A stretch of 37,286 nt of DNA, taken from the NCBI GenBank assembly GCA_001767605.1, contig MELM01000007.1, positions 33,573-70,858 of the forward strand, given 5' to 3'. Positions within the stretch are counted from its first letter, which is position 1; every line of letters starts with the position of its first letter. Source of the DNA: Candidatus Solincola sediminis. GTDB lineage: Bacteria; Actinomycetota; Geothermincolia; Geothermincolales; RBG-13-55-18. Below the pieces are notes generated by a model, which was not told where the DNA came from, searched no databases, and saw only the letters and a program-made list of their open reading frames with translations. The position numbers were made by a program, and so were the translations under genes. This document shows, piece after piece, positions 31,923 through 37,286 of this stretch.

Positions 31923-32870
31923 CTATTCCCGCTTCATCAAATGCCTTATGACCATGGCTGCGCCGGAATGAGGGTCTATCTCGCGGGTGTCCACCAGCTT
32001 TTTCATCAGGTCGAGCATCTCCGGATCGTGTTCGAGCGCGTCCGTCACGGATAGATGGACGCGATGGTTGATTATCTCCAGAAGCTCGCCCATGATGCGA
32101 ACCCGCACCTTCTCCTCGAGGAGGCCGTGTTCCTGAAGATAATCGTAATGGGAAAATATGGCATTACAAAGTCCATCGACACCGAGCCCTTCCGTGGCCA
32201 CGGTTCTTAAGATGGGTGGAATGTAGGCCGGTTCTCGCTTGACTATCTCGACCATCATCTCGATCTCGGCCGCCGCCCTATCCGCACCTTCGCGGTCGGC
32301 CTTGTTGACCACGAAGATATCGCCGATCTCCATTATTCCTGCCTTCATGGCTTTTATCTCATCGCCCCCGCCCGGCATGGTAACCACTATTGAAGTATGA
32401 GCCAGCCCGACGATATCCACCTCGACCTGGCCGGCACCGACCGTCTCCACGATTATCACTTCTTTCCCGAAGGCGTCGAGTATGTTTACCGCATCGTTGG
32501 TCGCGACGGCCAGGCCCCCCAGGGCTCCCCGCGTTCCCATCGATCGGATAAAGACCCCCGGATCGGTCGCCAGCTCTTGCATCCTTATGCGATCGCCCAG
32601 TACGGCGCCTCCCGTGAAGGGACTGGTCGGATCAATGGCTATGATGCCTACGGTCCTGGAGTGTTCGCGCAATGCTTTTGTGAGCGCCGAAACCAGCGTG
32701 CTCTTGCCACTCCCCGTGGCACCGGTGATGCCGACGATATGAGCCTTACCGGTATGCTGGTGGAGCCGCCGCATGACTTCGCGGGCGGAGGCGTCATCGT
32801 TCTCCACCAGGCTTATCAACCTGGCTGCCGCCAGGCGATTGCGGGCGCGAATACCCTCATATAAGTCCAT
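31923..32870 (-). CDS. meaB: G3E-family GTPase MeaB/ArgK (methylmalonyl-CoA-mutase-associated metallochaperone type)
   Basis: GITGATGSGKSTL, GGAVLGDRIRM, VETVGAGQ, VNKADR. I prefer the ATG at 32870, 6 nt after GAGGAG, over 32876. Confidence 0.85.
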   Translation of the reverse strand: MDLYEGIRARNRLAAARLISLVENDDASAREVMRRLHQHTGKAHIVGITGATGSGKSTLVSALTKALREHSRTVGIIAIDPTSPFTGGAVLGDRIRMQELATDPGVFIRSMGTRGALGGLAVATNDAVNILDAFGKEVIIVETVGAGQVEVDIVGLAHTSIVVTMPGGGDEIKAMKAGIMEIGDIFVVNKADREGADRAAAEIEMMVEIVKREPAYIPPILRTVATEGLGVDGLCNAIFSHYDYLQEHGLLEEKVRVRIMGELLEIINHRVHLSVTDALEHDPEMLDLMKKLVDTREIDPHSGAAMVIRHLMKRE

Positions 32871-32947
32871 GGTCATCTCCTCGAAACATATTCATCTATT
32901 TTTTCGGCTTGTGCCGTCGCGGTCAAGAATTTTGGTATCCTTCATGC

Positions 32948-33292
32948 ATGGAATACGTGAAGATAGCGAATGCAAGCCGGGACCGTGTACTTGCCGAAAG
33001 GGTCGGACTTGCTGATACACCCGCTGCCAGGAGGCGTGGACTCCTCGGATCGCGCGAGCTGTCCGGCGAAGAAGGTCTGCTGATAATCCCTTGCCGGCAG
33101 GTTCACACTTTCGGAATGAAATACCCCATAGACGTCATATTTCTCGATGCCTCCTGGCGCGTAAGGAGGTATTGCAAAGGGCTCAAACCCTGGCGCCTGA
33201 GCCCTTTTGTGATCTCATCGAAATCCGTTCTCGAACTCCCGGCCGGCAAGATCGATGAAACGGAAACCGAAATCGGAGACGTTCTCCGTTAA
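32948..33292 (+). CDS. DUF192 domain protein
   Basis: The start MEYVKIAN is at 32948. ...ADTPAARRRGLLG...GLLI.PCRQVHTFGMKYPIDVIFLD...VLELPAG is typical of DUF192. Confidence 0.7.
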   Translation: MEYVKIANASRDRVLAERVGLADTPAARRRGLLGSRELSGEEGLLIIPCRQVHTFGMKYPIDVIFLDASWRVRRYCKGLKPWRLSPFVISSKSVLELPAGKIDETETEIGDVLR

Positions 33293-34959
33293 GCCTGTGC
33301 CTCCTTTTTGGCTTCCTCTTCGGCGCGAAGGATCTTGCGCAAGACCTTTCCGATGGCCGACTTGGGAAGCTCGTCCCGGAATTCTATGATCTTGGGCACC
33401 TTGTAGGCGGCCAGTTTTTCCTTACAAAAAGAGATGAGCTCTTCGGTGCTGCATTCCTCGCCGGGCTGCAGTACGATAAAAGCCTTCACCGTCTCCCCGC
33501 GGTATTGATCGGAAATCCCTACAGCCACTGCATCCGCAACCTTGGGATGCTGGAAGAGGACTTCGTCGATCTCCCTCGGATAGATGTTGTACCCTCCGGC
33601 GATGATCATATCCTTGATGCGGTCGACGATGAATAAATAATCGTCCTCGTCCCTGACTGCGACGTCACCGGTATGGAGCCAGCCCTCCTTGATCTGCTTG
33701 GCCGTCTCCTCCGGATTGTCCCAGTACTCCTTCATGATGAGTGGACCCTTCATGATCATTTCACCGGGCTCGCCGACTGAAACCTCGGTTACGCCGTCCT
33801 CGATGTTTACGAGCTTGACGTCGTTGTCCGGGAAGGGGATCCCTATGCTTCCCGCCTTCTTGAGGCCGAGGATCGGGTTGGAGAGCCCTAAGGACGACGA
33901 TTCCGACATCCCGAAGCCCTCGCTGAAGTATATGCCCATGTCCTTAACCTGCTCGATGAGCTCGACCGGCATGGGTGCTGCTCCGGAGTTGAGGAGGCCG
34001 ATCTTGCGATCGAGTTGGAGTTCCTCCGCCCGCGGGTGATTGATTACCGCGTTGATAATGGTGGGAACGGCGGGGAAGAAGGTGATCTCCGGGAAGTTGG
34101 CCAGGAGATTCATCATTTCATCTATATCGAAACGGGGGATCATGATCTGGGTGGCACACGAGATCATGCCCCAATTCAAGGCCACGATGTTTCCATAGAC
34201 GTGGAAGTAGGGGAGGATGGCAACCACGCTTCGCCTTTCGGCCGGGATAATTCCGGTGGTTGCGCTTCCCCACATGAAAGCCTGCAGTGCGGCGGAAACG
34301 ACATTGCCGTGGGTAAGGACCGCCCCTTTTGGGATTCCCGTCGTCCCTCCCGTAAATTGAATCACTGCCGGATCTTCCGTGGATATTTCGATACGGGGCC
34401 GCTTGGGGCTGGGGACGCTGTCTATCATTTCGGAGAAATGATGCCATCCCTTTTCGAGCTCCAAGTCCTTGGCTGTGCTTACCGGCATTCCCTGTATAAA
34501 GTCGGTGACTTTGGTAACGATAACCCGCGGGATATCCAGATCGGCTACGACCGGGCGGATATTATCGAGCATCATATCGAAGGAAATAAGGGTCGTAAGG
34601 CCCGTCGTCTCTGCCATTTGTTTGATTTCATCGGCGGTATACAGGGGATTCAGGTTGACGACGATCGCGCCGAGAGACAGGGCGGCGTAGTAAGCAATCG
34701 GGTACTGCGGGATGTTCGGAAGATGCAAACCCACCCGTTCGCCCTTCTCCACGCCCAGTGCACCCAGGGCGGTCGCGAATTTCTGGATCAAAGTGCGCAA
34801 GTCCCAAAAACTTATCTCCGAGCCGAAGAAATTGAGCGCCGGCTTGTCCGGAAAGGCATTGGCGCCGATTGACACGAGCTCATGGATTCCAAGCCTGGGA
34901 CAACGGACACTGGTAGGGACACAGTAATCGTAGTGACGATGCCAGGATCTCTCTTCCAT
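33289..34959 (-). CDS. AMP-dependent acyl-CoA synthetase (long-chain fatty-acid-CoA ligase-like)
   Basis: 556 aa with an ATG after GGAGGTG. AMP-binding motif IQFTGGTTGIPKGAVLTHGN; also GEMIMKGP, WLHTGD, IAGGYNIYPREIDE. Confidence 0.88.
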   Translation of the reverse strand: MEERSWHRHYDYCVPTSVRCPRLGIHELVSIGANAFPDKPALNFFGSEISFWDLRTLIQKFATALGALGVEKGERVGLHLPNIPQYPIAYYAALSLGAIVVNLNPLYTADEIKQMAETTGLTTLISFDMMLDNIRPVVADLDIPRVIVTKVTDFIQGMPVSTAKDLELEKGWHHFSEMIDSVPSPKRPRIEISTEDPAVIQFTGGTTGIPKGAVLTHGNVVSAALQAFMWGSATTGIIPAERRSVVAILPYFHVYGNIVALNWGMISCATQIMIPRFDIDEMMNLLANFPEITFFPAVPTIINAVINHPRAEELQLDRKIGLLNSGAAPMPVELIEQVKDMGIYFSEGFGMSESSSLGLSNPILGLKKAGSIGIPFPDNDVKLVNIEDGVTEVSVGEPGEMIMKGPLIMKEYWDNPEETAKQIKEGWLHTGDVAVRDEDDYLFIVDRIKDMIIAGGYNIYPREIDEVLFQHPKVADAVAVGISDQYRGETVKAFIVLQPGEECSTEELISFCKEKLAAYKVPKIIEFRDELPKSAIGKVLRKILRAEEEAKKEAQA

Positions 34960-35054
34960 CTTGCACCTCCAGGGGGTTTTGAATCGGGTTACAGCGCCTA
35001 AATTCTATCACGATTGCAGGTATGGAGTCGTAGCCATTGTGATAGTATTTCTCC

Positions 35055-35882
35055 ATGTCTACCGTCGATTGGAATATAAAGAGATTTCGTTCCGGCCGGG
35101 GATCGGAGGAACTGCGCGACCGGGTTGTGATAGAGCTTCCCCTCGAGATTAAACTCAATGGAATACCACTTGTTGCGCTGATGCGCATGCCCGGGATGGA
35201 TAAAGAGTTGGCGGTCGGATTCTGCCTCACCGAGAAGATAATCGACGATATATCCCAGATAAGGCTGCTCAAGCATTGCGGGCAGTTGGAGCAAGAGATA
35301 GCGGGCGGCGGGGAGGCAGGGAGCGACGGGCTAGACCGGGGGAATGTCGTGGAAATAGAGGCGGAGGCACCGGCTGACCAGGACCGCTTCTCCGGAACCT
35401 TTATCGTAAGGACGGGCTGCGGCGGAGCCGATCTGTCCGCCCTCGAGGATTACCACGAAGGAACGGTGTCATCACGCCTGGAGATAGGCGCGGATATCAT
35501 CTATGGTGTAGGGCGAGAACTCACCCGGCACCAGGAGGTATTCGCGGGGACGGGGGGAACCCATGGCGCCGGCGTCTTCGAAAGGGACGGACGTGCCGCT
35601 GTGGTAGCCGAGGACGTCGGCCGGCACAATGCGCTCGACAAGGCGGTTGGCTGGTGTGCCTTATGGGGGACCGAAATCCGAGACAAATTCCTGGTCCTCT
35701 CGGGGAGGATCAGCTACGAGATGGCCCTCAAGGCCGTAAGGGTGGGAATTCCGGTTGTGGTATCCATGGCCGCGCCCACTTCGCTAGGGCTGCGCATCGC
35801 CGAGAAGGCGGGACTGACCCTGGTAGGTTTCTCCGACGGCAAGAGGTTCAATGTTTATACCCACCCGGAGAGAATTGTATGA
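35055..35882 (+). CDS. fdhD: Formate dehydrogenase accessory sulfurtransferase FdhD
   Basis: 275 aa. LPLEIKLNG, ELAVGFCLTE, GGTHGAG, EDVGRHNALDK, LSGRISYEM..KA...GIPVVVSMAAPTSLG...A...GLTLVGF. Confidence 0.85.
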   Translation: MSTVDWNIKRFRSGRGSEELRDRVVIELPLEIKLNGIPLVALMRMPGMDKELAVGFCLTEKIIDDISQIRLLKHCGQLEQEIAGGGEAGSDGLDRGNVVEIEAEAPADQDRFSGTFIVRTGCGGADLSALEDYHEGTVSSRLEIGADIIYGVGRELTRHQEVFAGTGGTHGAGVFERDGRAAVVAEDVGRHNALDKAVGWCALWGTEIRDKFLVLSGRISYEMALKAVRVGIPVVVSMAAPTSLGLRIAEKAGLTLVGFSDGKRFNVYTHPERIV

Positions 35883-36490
35883 ACCCGGGAAGCGATAATT
35901 TTTCAGCAGCCGTCCTGGCCGGTGGCAGCGCGGAAAGGCTCGGCCTCAATAAAGCCCTGGTGGATATCGCCGGACGCAAAGCCCTCGACCGTATTCTCGA
36001 TGTCCTGCAAGGAATATTTTCGGGCACGTCAATAATAGTGCAAAGCGACTCGGATCTGGAGAACTTCATGCGGCCGGGTGTTCGTGTTCTGCGGGATCTG
36101 CTCCCCGGCAAAGGACCTCTGGGGGGCATCTATACGGCTCTTGAGCTCGCCGCTCGGCCCTATGTTTTTATCATGGCCTGCGACATGCCGTATCCTTCCG
36201 AGGATCTCGTGCTCCACATGTTATCAAGAGCACCGGGTCACGATGCGGTGGTGCCGAGGCGCGGCGAGTACATAGAGCCCCTCTTTGCCATATATTCGAG
36301 GGAGATACGAGAGAACATCAAGGCCAGGCTCGAGAGAAATGACCTCAAGATATATGAACTGCTGACCGAAATCGACGTGCTTTACCTGGATGAGGAAGAA
36401 ATCGCATCCTTCGATCCTGAATTCCGCTCTTTTTTGAATATCAACACCCCGGAAGATCTTAAAAAAGCGATGCTGCTTGCGGACGGCTGA
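35879..36490 (+). CDS. mobA: Molybdenum cofactor guanylyltransferase MobA
   Basis: The ATG at 35879 overlaps the fdhD stop (ATGA). MNPGSDNFSAAVLAGGSAERLG.NKAL, GPLGGIYTAL, ACDMPY. The track ORF start at 35654 is an overlap artefact. Confidence 0.82.
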   Translation: MNPGSDNFSAAVLAGGSAERLGLNKALVDIAGRKALDRILDVLQGIFSGTSIIVQSDSDLENFMRPGVRVLRDLLPGKGPLGGIYTALELAARPYVFIMACDMPYPSEDLVLHMLSRAPGHDAVVPRRGEYIEPLFAIYSREIRENIKARLERNDLKIYELLTEIDVLYLDEEEIASFDPEFRSFLNINTPEDLKKAMLLADG

Positions 36491-36556
36491 AAACCCCGCG
36501 TTATATAATAAAAAAGCGGAGAAAAGGCTGACGATCGAATGCTGAAGGGGATTAAG

Positions 36557-37286
36557 ATGAGCAAAAAGGTCGTTTCGTACATTCTCATCCTGGTAATTAT
36601 TTCCATGTTGGGATTGCTTCTCGTCGGATGCGGCAACAAGGCCGCCCAGGATAACAAGAAAGCCTCCTCCACAATGGAGATCCCCCAACTGGATAGCGGT
36701 GCAATAAGTGGGAGCCTCGATGATAACATTTGGACCTACAAGGGCATACCATTCGCCGCACCTCCCATCGGAGAGCTTCGCTGGAAGGAGCCTCAGCCGG
36801 TTGATCCCTGGCAGGAAGTCAGGGCCTGCACCGCTTTCGGCCCCGCCTGCCCGCAGTCGCGGCCTGCCCTCGAGGCGATCGGAGCGGAGTTTAGCGCAGT
36901 AGGAAGCCAGAGTGAGGACTGTCTCTATCTCAACGTGTGGACACCGGCACAAAGCCCGGAGGAAGGCCTACCGGTTATGGTTTGGATTCACGGCGGCGGT
37001 TTCGATGCCGGCTCGGCCTCACAGTTCATGTACGACGCCCATAACCTCTCAAATAAAGGGGTTGTCGTGGTGACCATTAACTACCGGCTCGGCGCATTCG
37101 GATTCATGGGACATCCGATGCTATCGGATGAATCATCACATGGTGCTTCCGGCAACTACGGTTTGATGGACCAGATCGCGGCCCTGGAGTGGGTGCAACG
37201 CAACATAGACGTTTTCGGGGGCGACCCGGGCAACGTCACAATTTTCGGGGAGTCGGCCGGAGGTGGCAGCGTCTGTGACTTGATGG
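36557..37286 (+). CDS. Carboxylesterase type B family lipoprotein (partial; runs off the window end)
   Basis: Not in the ORF track because no stop is reached. The ATG at 36557 follows GAAGGGGA. Lipobox LLLVG|C; GIPFAAPPIGELRW, EDCLYLNVW, WIHGGGF, nucleophile elbow FGESAGG. Confidence 0.85.
   Translation, partial: MSKKVVSYILILVIISMLGLLLVGCGNKAAQDNKKASSTMEIPQLDSGAISGSLDDNIWTYKGIPFAAPPIGELRWKEPQPVDPWQEVRACTAFGPACPQSRPALEAIGAEFSAVGSQSEDCLYLNVWTPAQSPEEGLPVMVWIHGGGFDAGSASQFMYDAHNLSNKGVVVVTINYRLGAFGFMGHPMLSDESSHGASGNYGLMDQIAALEWVQRNIDVFGGDPGNVTIFGESAGGGSVCDLM

Noticed and set aside
33289-33292. 4-nt overlap of convergent DUF192 and acyl-CoA ligase genes
   Set aside because: This is a real overlap of the two stop regions, but such overlaps are common and imply nothing beyond the absence of an intervening terminator.
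34015-34872. 285-aa plus-strand ORF
   Set aside because: It is antisense to the acyl-CoA synthetase gene (clear AMP-binding motif) and has no motifs of its own.
36224-36952. 242-aa minus-strand ORF
   Set aside because: The plus strand here encodes mobA and a carboxylesterase with strong motifs (EDCLYLNVW, HGGGF, GESAGG). The esterase ORF is missing from the track only because it runs off the window.

Overview
This looks like an ordinary chromosomal window from a moderately GC-rich, apparently anaerobic bacterium with strong GGAGG-type ribosome-binding sites. I see no transposase, integrase, CRISPR array, rRNA or recognisable defence genes. All domain calls are by-eye motif recognition without searches.

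Gene content, left to right:
1. Nitrogen cluster (112-7491): an orphan OmpR-type GlnR-like regulator, two ammonium transporters, PII, a GSI-alpha-like glutamine synthetase and glutamine-dependent NAD synthetase. Three promoter regions carry 11-bp-phased TnAAC/GAAAC pentamers that resemble actinobacterial GlnR boxes.
2. Miscellaneous metabolism (7.5-15.5 kb): a GyrI-like protein, a YhdH-type reductase, a 2-hydroxyacyl-CoA-dehydratase-like pair, rubredoxin, an amidase, a lipoprotein with a pilin-like domain, tRNA-Ala(CGC) and a metallophosphoesterase.
3. Minus-strand signalling operon (15.7-21.4 kb): a multi-GAF/PAS histidine kinase, a REC-GGDEF regulator with a GGDDF motif, a 2 x 42-bp tandem repeat, a LytTR regulator and an SDR.
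4. ychF and an ABC-2 exporter.
5. The most interesting region (24.46-31.79 kb): a divergently transcribed, functionally unassigned metallocluster-handling island. It holds four NifX/NifB-type domains, three Mrp/MinD P-loop ATPases (two with ferredoxin inserts), DUF134, DUF5320, a small Zn-ribbon protein, a ferredoxin, a frame-disrupted IscU-like scaffold reading into an MBL-fold gene, recurrent Arg-Gly(-Trp) tails and an AT-rich control region with repeats.
6. meaB, DUF192, an acyl-CoA ligase, fdhD-mobA and a partial lipoprotein carboxylesterase.

Two intergenic repeat families are also present: a CACAAAGGTG palindrome, and a dispersed motif AGGCNCGACCCC..GTTTAG.
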